In this document: positions 25,527 through 37,289 of the stretch, one piece after another | How positions within the stretch are numbered: position 1 is the stretch's first letter | Layout: each line of letters begins with the position of its first letter | NCBI RefSeq assembly: GCF_036321535.1 | Contig: NC_087436.1 | Coordinates: 41,232,001 to 41,296,000, forward strand | DNA: 64,000 bases | Reading direction: 5' to 3' | From: Camelus dromedarius | Lineage: Eukaryota | Made by a program: the position numbers and the translations under genes | Notes under the pieces: model-generated | The model's input: the letters and a program-made list of their open reading frames with translations, nothing else | Database searches by the model: none | Told to the model about the DNA's origin: nothing

Positions 25527-25647
25527 CATAAAAAAGAAACAGAAACCTCAGATAGAGTTGGGAGACCTCTCTCATGCCCTGTAACAATAGTAGACATGAC
25601 AGGAAGAAGAAAGACTCCTCTTGTTCCCTAGAAGGGACTCAGCCTAC

Positions 25648-25678
<31 letters not shown>

Positions 25679-25864
25679 ACTCTTTGTTTACTATTGTCCT
25701 TCCAATTTCCTTTTCTTCATAAAAGCATTCTCTTTTCTTTGTCATGTGGGGGCTTACATGTGGCTCACCAGAGTTGCAGACCCCAAATTGTCAATTCTCT
25801 GTCAACTGAGAATAAGTCCATATTTGCTGGAGAGATATCTGGCAGTCTGATTACTGCAGGTAAC
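25527..25864 (+). mobile_element. 3' LTR of the ERV1 relic, with an internal poly(A) expansion
   Basis: Preceded by agaaagatcttgatcaatagggaaaa (polypurine-tract end of MER4-group internals); contains cataaaagc TATA-like, gttgcagaccccaaattg and gaataagtccatatttgctggaga; A-run at 25649-25676. Confidence 0.65.
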
Positions 25865-26149
25865 TATTCCTATATGATCTTGATACTGCCCTGACCAAAA
25901 CACTCAAAATTTTACTGCCAGAACATGTTTAAGGTTTGTTTGTTTGTTTGTTTTCCCAGAAAGATCATGGGAACATGATGAATTTATCCATGTAAAGTCC
26001 TTTTCCACTTCAAGTATGCACTAGGTCCCCAATAAATAAAAGAACTCAGACCAAGAGGTAGAAATTTCAATAATAGGTTCCATATTAACATATAACGCTA
26101 TAACCAAATGATCTATAATATGTTGAATACTCATGACATAGCAAGGGAT

Positions 26150-26325
26150 TTATAAGCATTAGCTGTAATTCTCAATAGCCTTCCTAGATGTGATAGAAAT
26201 AAAACAAAGTAAACTAAAGAGGTAAATAAAACTGGTCAAGGTCACACACTAGGAAATAGCAGAATTCGATAAAACTCAAAGGGGTTGACAATACCACTTG
26301 TGTATTTAACTATTAATACTGTATC
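26150..26325 (-). mobile_element. MIR SINE fragment
   Basis: aaactaaagaggtaaataaaactggtcaaggtcacacactaggaaatagcagaatt is the MIR core in reverse. Confidence 0.6.
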
Positions 26326-26437
26326 TCAATAATATAAGGAAAAAATACTCCATAAAGTTATTAGATACATTCTAGACAAGATGATATAATAATAAGTTAT
26401 CTTGTCTATCAAGTTAGTCATTGGTAGTATTCAAATT

Positions 26438-26564
26438 TTATTTTTTTGAGGGAGAAGGTATTAGGTTTATTCATTTATTTATTTTTAGAGTAGGTACTGG
26501 AGACTAAGCCCAGAACCTCCTGCATGCTAAGCATGTGCTCTACCATTTGAACTATACCCTCTCC
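26438..26564 (-). mobile_element. tRNA-derived SINE, camelid Vic-1-like, with 20-bp target-site duplication
   Basis: Minus strand reads ggagagggtatagttcaaatggtagagcacatgcttagcatgcaggaggttctgggcttagtctccagtacct...aaataaatgaataaacctaatacc (A box, degenerate B box, A-rich tail); tcattggtagtattcaaatt at 26418-26437 and 26567-26586. Confidence 0.85.
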
Positions 26565-26853
26565 AATCATTGGTAGTATTCAAATTGATGCCTTAGAGAG
26601 AGAACTTCAACACAAATGTTGCACACCAACATATTATGAATCTCAATTATTTTTTGAGATTCCTGTCCATTTTCAGATCTACCTATGCAGTGTGTGATGT
26701 AATGAAATTTGAAGTTATAGCTTTGGTATCTTGACTATTAAGATTGTTAATGGACATTCTAATATAAAATTAAAGGTTAATGAATTATGTTAACTTTGCA
26801 CAGTTTATATTTATATCTATTTAGAATATAGTGAGCTGCCTTTTGATTTTTAT

Positions 26854-27307
26854 TTTTAGGCTGTTCTATTATTCATTTTATTTATTTTTTTGACAGCTTT
26901 GTTGAGATATGTTCACATACCACACAATTTACCCAACTAAAGCATACAGGCTGTGTTAATTTATTATTTATCTATTTTGGCCTGTTTTTTTAATTTAAGT
27001 TTGTACTGAAGTATAGTTGATGTACAAAATTATGTAAAGTTATAATGTGTACCATATATTAATTCACAATTTTTAAAGGTTATACTCTATTTATAGTTAC
27101 TGTAAAATATTATCTATATTCCCTGTGTTGTACAATATATTACTGTATTTCATTTTATACATAATAGCTTGTATTTCTCAATCCCCTACTGTTTCATATT
27201 GACCCTCCCCACTGGTAACCACTAGTTTGTTCTCTTTATTTGTGAGTCTGCTTCTTTTTTTTATACCCACCAGAAAAATACTGTATGATATCACTTACAT
27301 GTGGAAT
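26854..27307 (-). mobile_element. 5'-truncated LINE-1 with short inverted 5' segment, composite tail and TSD
   Basis: L1 3' UTR on minus at about 27000-27260; plus-oriented aaaaatactgtatgatatcacttacatgtggaatct at about 27274-27309; flanks ctgccttttga(t/g)ttttat at 26836-26853 and 27308-27325. Confidence 0.8.
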
Positions 27308-29911
27308 CTGCCTTTTGAGTTTTATCTGAAGTATCTCTATCAATGGTTATTTACAGAGACAAGTCAGTCTTCTGCTAGTCATGGGAATTCAGAACATGCA
27401 GATTATAGTATGCCTACATTAATTAAAGGTGTTATATAATAATGCAAATTTAAATTTTTTCAGTTTTCCAGAAAAAGTCCACTAAATTTGTGTTATTTTA
27501 TTAACAAATGCTGAAAAATATTTCGCTTATAAACATTCAATATGGATAGTATATGCATAATAATTGCTGGCAGAGATGTGTTTTCATCTCAGCAGCCTAT
27601 TTTGAACACTAAGAACAAATATAATATGTGCATTTCCAGGACATAGGAATATGTTCAAACCTAAGGAAAATAAATGTTCAGTATCAGCAGAGAATGTTTA
27701 GCTGGCAAAATGACTTTCCATATGAACGCACCAGTCTGCTTTTTTTTTTAATCAAGTTTACAGAGTCTTTATCATATTGACTGTTATACATGTTTTCAGG
27801 GCAAAGCTGAGTGTGGTGATTGCATTATTATTTTTAATTTGGAACTTATTGATTTTCTGCCAGTAACTTACACGTCAATTTTTAAAAAGCTATTGTAATC
27901 ACTTGATTTATATATTTTCTAAAAGATAGTGCCAAAACGGGAAACTTTTCATCAGTCTGTCAGCTGTATAGAGCTTTTATGCTGTGGTCTTTTTGACTTT
28001 AAGGTGTGTCAGATTTCTTGTTCATCAAAACTTTTATTTTTTTCAATTTCAGACATTCACATTTTTTATATGAGTAAGAAAGTAAACATGATAAATCGGT
28101 TGTTCAGTAGTAGACTCTGATTTCAAAGCTGATTTTACCACATTCAGAATTGCCTTTTATGTGAAAAAAAAAAAATTTCCATAATGACCTTTAAGCTGCA
28201 GGGACTTTGACAGAAATGAACCATGGCACTTACATTTAGTCAATCAGATGTAATTGTCATTTGTGCTGACTTCAAACAATCTGTGAGTACTTTTTCCCTT
28301 TTTTGTAATCAATTTGATTTGAAAATATAGAAAATACACAAGACAGAATTTTATGGGATATGGTAAATGAAACTTATCAGACAACTACCAATTCTACCAT
28401 TATAATTTAGCCAGAAATGGGGCTGTTCATGGATATTATCCAAAAGAAAAGCTTCATCTAAAATTAAATATTTTCACTTGAGGATTTTTATTAGCATATA
28501 TAATTGGCTTTTCATAATAATTCAATATCTGCTCTGATTGGACTGTGAAAATTCAATCTAGAATTTTTAAGTAAGAATAAAATGAAAATATCACTAAGTA
28601 AGAATAAGATACAAATTATGATTTTAGCTCTGTGTCTAATTAGCTAAATTACTTTGGAGATGTCAATTTTACATTCCTAAATATCAATCACTGTTATTTT
28701 GATAACTAGACTAGAAAGTCTCTTAGAACCAAATCCATGTTCATAAAAATGAATATACTTCATCACAAAGAAATAGTCTGTTAGATGCTTGAATTTGCTC
28801 CCCACAAAAAGTCAACAAACTTAATATAGTATTTATTAGATCCCTGCTTTGAATATTTTAATTTATCTCAGTTTGATGCCATTACTATTCTATTATATAT
28901 TTTTAGATTTGAACCCCATCTGTTTGTTGCTACATCTAAGATCTTCTGGTCTTAGTGATTCTTCTAGTTGTCTTAAGAAACTGTATTTTTATTCTCCATA
29001 ATAGACAATAAAGCACCACTTACAAAACTCACACTATGATTCAGGCAATGTAATATATAGTGGTATGTTATCAAACATATCTTCATCAAAAATCCATAAA
29101 TGTATTATTACAAATTTGAAGATGTCAAAGAATTTCAAATATTTGATTTCAGAATCCTACTTTAGATAATAAGTCTTTGATTTTTACTAATCTTTGTTAA
29201 AAGATATCTACTACTCACTGGCTTGACTCATCTAGACTTTAATTTCTTATTGACACTTACTGTATTAATTCAGAGTTTACATGACTCACATTAGCTGTTA
29301 AAATACACTGGTTTATTATTTAACCTGTCCTAATGTTTTTGACTACAAGCTTTATTAATGTTCTAAGTGCAGTGACACATGTGATCTCCAGAATGAAAGT
29401 CATGTGGGGATATCCTATTTACACTTTGTCAAAGTAGCCCACAATGCATTATTTCCTCTGTTATGACTGCCACTTTGAAGTTTGAAAACTTTGTGGCAGT
29501 GTTCAATCCAACAAAAGTTCAGGTATGTCTTTTAGTTAAAAACATGATATAAGAGTTTGAAATTGTCATTACATTTACCTCTGCATCATTCTATTGATTC
29601 TATCAAAAGAGGAAAGGCAGACTCTTTATAAATATCATTAAAAATTAACAATTCTTTTTTTTTTCTTCTGGGAATTTAAGGACTTGAGATCATTAGACAG
29701 TGATTATTATTTAACAGAAATTTGAATGTTTTTCACATATAGCAAACAATTCCCCTGATAAAAGTATCACACTTCCCAGATTTATTTAAGGTCACAGAAT
29801 ATACCATATCCATTCTTCTGCCATTTATCCAAATACATTCAGATGCACAAATACAATGGCATTTCTAACTTACTTAGATTTATTCATGAGTAAATTAAAA
29901 ATAAAAATCCC

Positions 29912-30290
29912 TGTGGCAGATTGGAAAAAATATATACAATGTTTTGCAATTTATCCCATGAAGAGATGAAATCTTTTTTCACCTCTTGAATTTGGCCTTG
30001 TGTCTTGTTTTGTCTCATGGTCATTAGCAACCATGAAGCCAACAGAGATATGACAACTGCTTATGTTTTGGTGCTTGCTCTTTTTTCCTACTCCATATCC
30101 TTCCACCACCATGTGAATAAGCCAAGGATGCCCCATTTGAGGATGATATATCCTGCATAGAGAAGTCTCAGCAATACCAACTGTCAGAGCTGAGGCCCTT
30201 GGTATAGACCATTCAGATACTGTTGGGCTATTGCCTCATCACAGATATCAGGCAACCTGGCCCAGTCCAAAAGTAACACTCAGTGAAGCT
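29912..30290 (+). mobile_element. MLT1 (MaLR) LTR, 5' portion
   Basis: tgtggcagattg...tcccatgaagagatgaaatc...ctcttgaatttggccttgtgtcttgttttg...ccaccatgtgaataagcc. Confidence 0.75.
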
Positions 30291-30294
30291 TAGC

Positions 30295-32188
30295 CTACAG
30301 CCCTGTCCAACTGCTGAACATAGCCTGTGGCCTTGCCCAGGAACAAAGCCATGACAGCAATCCCACCTCACCATGAAGTACAATATCTAGCCTCCATAAC
30401 TGTGGGATACAGCTGGAGGCCTCTTTCAACTAGAGAGCCCAGCAAGCAACCTTGCTGAATAGTGGAGCACAGGAGTAGCCTACCTGATTGGGAAGCCTAA
30501 CATATGGTCTTGCCCAACTTCAGGGTATAGCCTGTGGCCCAACCTAATTACAGAGCACAGCCTGAGGCCCTGTCCATTGGCAAAGCCCTGCATGTGGTGC
30601 TCCCTGAACCTGAAGTCCAGCCAGTGGCACCATTTGCTCAGGGAACAGAGTGATGCCTGCCCATGGATGTTACAAGCTAACCTGTACAGTACCTAAGGTG
30701 AGCTGACTGGTGAGAGACTTTCCTGATCAAAATGAACTTGTAAAGTCTGAAAGACAATAGTGTAATGGAACAGGACCCAGTGTGTCCTTACCAGGACAGA
30801 ATCCTCCATGTCCTCCACCTTCCTCTTGTCAGTAGACAAACTTTAGCCAAAAAATATATTTAATCAGAAAAAAATGCAGAAACAAAGGAAAATAATCAAA
30901 CAAGACAACACAGTAATAGTTTAGCTGTTAAACAGAGTCAAGGACCTTTATTTAGTTCCTCCTCAAGGGCTACAGATAATATTCTGAGCCATATCCTTTG
31001 AACTGTTCTATAGATACTGAAAGTCCCAATAGGTGGAAGAAATTAACTACATGAATGACCAGAGTATAGTCACGACATAAGCTGCTCCAACTTGCACAAT
31101 TCCACAACTGGCCTCAAGCAAAAGGGAACAAATCAACCCTGGAGTTTAAGACTAACTGTACCTAAAACAATCAAAATGATGTTGATCAGACCACTGCATG
31201 ACCAATTTCAAGATTATCATCAGAGATGACTGTGCTGCTCTGCACATAGCACACTCCTCCTGACTATATACCCATGAAACTCCCCTTTAAAAGCTCTTGC
31301 CCCCTGATTGACAGTGGGGAGTTGGTTCTTAAGGACATGAGTCTACCATCTCACCAGGATTGCTGGCTCCCTCAATATTGGTATCTTTCCTTTTACCCAA
31401 TACTTGTCTCTCAGTATTGGATTCCTCGGCAATGAACAACTGAACCTGAATTCGATAACACTGCTTACAGAATGAACAGTACCAATGCAAGGAATCAGGG
31501 TTCACAAAGAATATAAACATGACATCAAAGGAAACTAATAAAGCTCCAGTAATACACCCTGCAAGAATAGAGACTTATGAACTTTTGGAAAAAATATTCA
31601 GAATGATCCTATTAAAAAAGTTCAGTGAACTACAATAACACAGAGACAGCAAAATTAGTAAAACAATGCATGAACAAAATGAGAAGTTCAAAAAAGAAAT
31701 AGAAGCCATCAAAAAATATAGAGAGAGAGAGCTGAAGAATATGACTAAACTAAAATTTCTATAGAGAGCTTCACCAGTGATCCAGATCAAGCAGAAGAAA
31801 CAGCCAATGATCTAAAAGACAGGTTATTTGAAATTATCCAGTCACAGGAGGAAAAAGGAAAAAGAATGAAAAAGAGTGAAATAAGTCTACAGGAGTTATG
31901 GGACACCACTAGTGAAAATAATATACATTATGGGAATCACTAAAAGAGAAAGGAATAGAAAGTCTATTTAAAGCAGTAATGGTTGAAAATCTCCCAATCT
32001 TGGGGAAGAAAATGGACACCCAGTTTCATGAGGCCCAAAGGAAGCCAAATAGATTGAACCTAAAAACGGCTACAGTGAGAAAGAATTAAATATAAGACCT
32101 AAGGACATAAAGCTCCTAGAATGAAAGAACTTCTTGACATTTGGTCTTGGCAAGAATTTTTATATATGACACCAAGCGCATGAGTAAC

Positions 32189-32219
<31 letters not shown>

Positions 32220-32465
32220 CCCCAAACAAATGTGATAACATCAAACTATAAACTTCCACACAGTAAGAGATACACTCTACATAATTAAAAGGTAACATAG
32301 GGAATAGGAGAAAATATTTGTAAAGCACATATCTGAAGGGGTTAATATTCAAAATATAAAGGATCTCATACAACTCAATTAGCAAGTAATAACTACCATC
32401 ACACACACACAAAACAATCTTATTAAAAAGTCCTGAATATACGTTATTTTCAAAGATATTCAAAT
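30295..32465 (+). mobile_element. LINE-1 5' UTR and ORF1 joined to a late ORF2 fragment; split by an LTR at 30761-31460
   Basis: GC-richer repetitive UTR; ORF1 start aaacatgacatcaaaggaaactaataaagctcca...aagttcagtgaactacaa; jumps at about 32085 to late ORF2 (ttaaatataagacctaaggacataaagctcctagaa; acatcaaactataaacttccacacag). Confidence 0.75.
30761..31460 (+). mobile_element. ERV1-class solo LTR (700 bp)
   Basis: TG...CA termini (tgtaatggaac...ttcgataaca), tttaaaagc TATA-like site, and the flanking L1 sequence resumes on both sides. Confidence 0.8.
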
Positions 32466-32789
32466 GATCACTTTATTGTTTACTTTATTGTCTTCATTTT
32501 AGAGTGTGCTTATCAGTTTCTATGAACTTTTTATATAAAAATAAAGATAATATTTTGAAATAGTTTTCACAAATATACTTTAAGGTTACTGTTATTAAGT
32601 TTTATTAGGGTGATATTAATAGATATTTAAGTATTTATTTCTAAAATAAGTTTTTGTAAAGATTCTGGAAATTTCTGGAAAAGACATAATGCTTTGTGAT
32701 CATGGGGAAAAAAAAAGAAAAAAACCTACCAACATCGTAGTGAAAAAGCAAATCCTAAAAATTCTTGGTTAAAGCTCATGATAAGGTGT

Positions 32790-33540
32790 TGAAAATTATT
32801 AATCATTACGAAAGTATAAATCAAAACCACAGTAAGATACTTGTACATACTTCCTAGCATGGCTATAATATTAAAATAAATAAATTAGATGTTTGGGGAA
32901 GATGTAGACAAATTGGAACCTTTTACATCACTGGCTGGAATGTGAAATGGTACATGTGCCGTGGCAATTTTAGTAGTTCTTCAAAAAGTTAAACATAGCC
33001 TAACATATGACTCATTCATTCCACTTCTTTGTACATGCCCCAAAGATTGGAAACAGATAACTCAAAATTATACTTTTATATGTATATCCATAGTAGCACT
33101 ATTCACAATATTCAAAACATACAGACAACCCAAATGTCCATCAACAAAATGATGGATGATAAAATGTGGTATATATATGTACAACGATATATTATTTGGC
33201 CAAAAAGGAAATGAACTAATAATACATACTACAAAGAAGACAAACCTTAAAACATGATAAGTGAAAAACCCAGACACAAAAGGCCACATATTTATGATTT
33301 CATTTATATGAAATATCTATGACAGGTAAATCCACAGAGATAGGTAGCAAAATGGTGGTTGTTAAGGACTGTGTGGAGGGAAGAATGGGAATAATTGCTT
33401 AAATGGCTTTGGGAGTGATGAAAATGTTTTGCAACTAAATAGCAGTGATGGTTGCACAATATATTGAATATACTAAATGTCACTATGTATATACTTTACA
33501 ATGGTGTATTTTATATTTTGTGAATTTTACCTCAATTAAG
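32790..33540 (+). mobile_element. LINE-1 (L1MB-like) 3' end
   Basis: ORF 32961-33152 KVKHSLTYDSFIPLL...IVALFTIFKTYRQPKCPST is the ORF2p C-terminus; UTR ends tgtgaattttacctcaatt. Confidence 0.9.
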
Positions 33541-36500
33541 TTTTAGTTAGTAAATTTATGACATAAATAGTTGGTTGCCAAATATCTCCCAAAAAACTGT
33601 CCTGAAAATAAAACTCTTTACAATATTCCATGCATTATTCTACTGTGTGATATGAGGTCATATTTTCAATTGATTGTTGAAATTTTGGTTTATTTTAATG
33701 GCTTGTCAATATTTTTTTATCCACATGAGGAATCAGAGTTGTTCAACATAATGATGCTGTGGAGTTTTAAAAATTATTTCTTTGAAATTTTAAGTATAAT
33801 CATACATTATCTGAAATAGCCCTATATTATCCTCCCAAATACATTTTAATTGGTTTTATATAATTTTAAATATTCAAATATTTGGTAAATATTTTACTAA
33901 TTGTCAACAAAATGACATATGCTTAAAATATATGACTTTTAAAATGTACAGAATATTTTTAAGCCTTAAAAGTATCTTTGAAAAATCTTCAACTTGTAAT
34001 ATTTAATCTTTAAAATTCTCTAGATACATTCTTAACTTTTTAAGTTTCAGATTCAGTTACTTTTATATCCCCACTGAATCTTACTTCAAGTGATTTTGAT
34101 GTTTCACTTCACTTATTTAAGAAAGTGACTGGATAAAATGCAAGCTTTGCACTTTAAATGGATTTGCCTTTGGTTATCTAGCAAGATATTTGTGCCTTCA
34201 CGACTTTGATATTTCAAGGTCCAAAATTCACAGCTTACTTTTTTAAGAACTACACAGCACTCAATATTTCAGTGTTTGGTTCCTGCTTTTATCCTGCCCT
34301 ATGTAATTATACTCAAAAATCACTATTCTCAGGTTTAAAAGGCAACTAACTATATGATTGTGGTAAATGGGTCCTCTCTCAAATTTCCATTAAATTATCC
34401 ATGAAGCCACAGAGTACAATGACTCTGGAATTAAATGGTCAAATGAATATTTTTTCCTTAGCTCTGTAATTGGATAAAATTCTATTAATTTTTAATTCAC
34501 TGGAAATGGCAGGGGCATATTAAGAAAGGGAAAGTGAGGTTTCCTATAAAGGTTGGGAATGTCATGGATTCTTCTCCTTAGTAAATAAAAATAATTTAAA
34601 AAACAAACAAACAAACAAAAAAAACCAAAGAACACAAGGAGGCTGATGACTTTAGCCTTTTCAGAACCCAACTGAATTAATGTAAAACTTTTTGAGAGTT
34701 TAAAAGTTGAAAGTACAAACAAGTAAAAGACAGGAAGTACAAATAAACAAAGGACAGTCATAAGGGTCTTTCGACAAAGCCTGTTCTTATTCCATGTGAC
34801 ATGAATCATAATCAGAAATAGCCCATTTTGTTTTCCTCCAGGCTTCAGGTAGGAGACCTTTTGAAACAGTTTGAAAAGCTGGTTTCACCTTGTAAAAGAG
34901 CTTCTAAACATGCAGATACAACCTCACCAGTGTTTTAATTCCTGGAAGTGACTGGCTTCAGTTTTTTATACCCCTGACAACTGACTGTGGTGATAATCAA
35001 ATAATTTTTCACTCATTTGGGCCACTCAGTGGTGGAAATTCCTTAATTTCCAATACTGTATATTAATATATTGTATACTATGTGAAGACTGAAGGCACCT
35101 TATAATTTGGCTCCTTTGTGCTAGCATAGAATTACCTTACCCAATTACCAGCATGTGACTATGCTGCTTAAATGATCTATGCCCCAGTTCTCTTATCTTA
35201 AAGAGAAAAAATTACTCTTCTTGTATATATATATATATAAATGACCTTAAAAATGGTTGTACTAAATAAGAACTACAAAAATTTTGTATTACTTCATGGG
35301 AATAAACTGTCATTAGTTTTTTTGCTTCTTATTATTCTATTAAAATTTATCAAAATTTTCAGAGATGAACCCATATAAAATACCCCAAACCCTAGTTTAG
35401 CAAGACTCAGTACTATACAGTATTTCAGAAGGTACAAACTTCCAAAGAATCATTGATGATAGTACTGCCAGTTAATTATTTTCTGTTTCAGCTTTTTACT
35501 CTAAATACCTTACTCCTATGATAGAAATCATGATATGAAGTTTGTTGTTGTTGTTGTTTTTTTAAGTGAAAGAGCTAACACTGGGACCAGAATGTTAAAA
35601 AAAAAAAAAGAATTCTTGAATTTTAGTAATTTTACATATGGCTGTTTTGATGAAGAAAGTGGAATACATTCTGAACTTTATTCCATGAGCATTGTACTTC
35701 TCTCAAAAATTCCGTAGACCATTTTCTGAGCTAGAGAAAGCAAGGGTTAGAATCAGATGTGAGAGATTCTAGTCCAGTGGTAATGATTCCACATCCAATC
35801 TTTCTCTAGGCCTAGGCTTGCGTGGGTGCAAGATTCATCTCCCAGGTAAGGTTGGTGATCCCAAAACCCAGGGAAACAAATTAATCTCCAAGGTAGGATC
35901 TTGAAAATAAGGAATTGCCCTGAATCTATTTACAATAAAAAGGGTTAGTAGACCAAAAATGATGGCTGACAGGTCTAGGCACAGTGTGTCACATAAAGCC
36001 ATTCTCTACTCCTGTTTTCCTACATTTTGAGAGAGTCTGAGGAACGATCTGAATTGTCTTATGCGCCAGAGAGGGAACAAAAGTGTTTGAAAAAGAACCG
36101 GCAGATCTATTGTGGCCTCACTGTCTGGAAAAGGGTCACTTAGTTTATTTAGACCACTGACTGGAGAATATAATGAGACTACAGGAAATCTAAGTGAATG
36201 AAATCAGAGTCATAAGGATATGATGTATGGTGAAGAACTGAAAAACAGAATAGGTGCTTGACAAGCAGGATAGGTCATGGTGCTGCATTTACCTTGGAAA
36301 TGAGCTGCTGCTGGAAATTAGGGACCACATCCATTATCATCCAAACATGGGGACATTTGAATAAAAATAGGTGATGCCAATAATTATTCAAAAAACAGAT
36401 TTACAGCAGAAGCTAGTCTGGAATAACAATCAATGTATGTATATGTGTGTATACCATACAACAATCATATACATACGTGTGTGTGTATGTAATTATCTAA

Positions 36501-37289
36501 TCTACAGGAGAAAGGAAGTAGAGAGGACTTCCTAAATTGACTAAATGTAAATTTTAAATGCCTAAATAAACCAAATTTGATTAAAAACATTTTCTGTCCT
36601 TAGGTAGAATTATTTAAAATACTATTTAAATTGAAGTATAGAAAAAAATACAATTTTTTGATATGCAAGAATGTGTTTGGAAAAAAAATCCTACCTAATG
36701 AAAAGAAACAAAATTCTGATGTAGTCTTGATATAAACATATACATATATAATTCTAGTATACACATGCTTGCATGTTTATAACAATATATATATATATTT
36801 CTGATACACATAAATAAGTATACATAATTTTGATGCTTATACCCATAAATATTTAATTCTAATATATACACACATGGTCTCAAATTTAAACCAATACCTT
36901 CTTTAAAATTAGCACTGATTTGATAAAACTGTGCAATGAGTAATAACCTCTAATTGGATTATAAACTGAATGAGAAGGGAGTCTTAAATCTTTAAAAAAT
37001 GAGAGAACTAAAATCTTAAAAGAATCAGGTTACTTAGCAAAGTAATTAAATCATACATATACACATACATGAATACACACATGAAGCATGTATACTCTCT
37101 CACTTTGATAAATGTAATAAAACCAGTGTGCTCCATTATTAAACTAAAATTCAGCTAAGAATAGATGTTGAGTTCAAAAACACAGGCAAGGAATATCTTT
37201 TCATAGTCTTTCATAGCATAAATCACATCTGAATGATGTGGTTTATCTTAAGCATGGAGTATATAAAGACTGAGAACATGGCAAATGTA

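Noticed and set aside
25649..25676. Long poly(A) as the tail of a processed pseudogene
   Set aside because: Lies inside LTR-like sequence that continues on both sides; no TSD or mRNA-like upstream sequence.
26490..26564. tRNA gene on the minus strand
   Set aside because: B box is degenerate, and it has a SINE tail and TSD, so it is a SINE.
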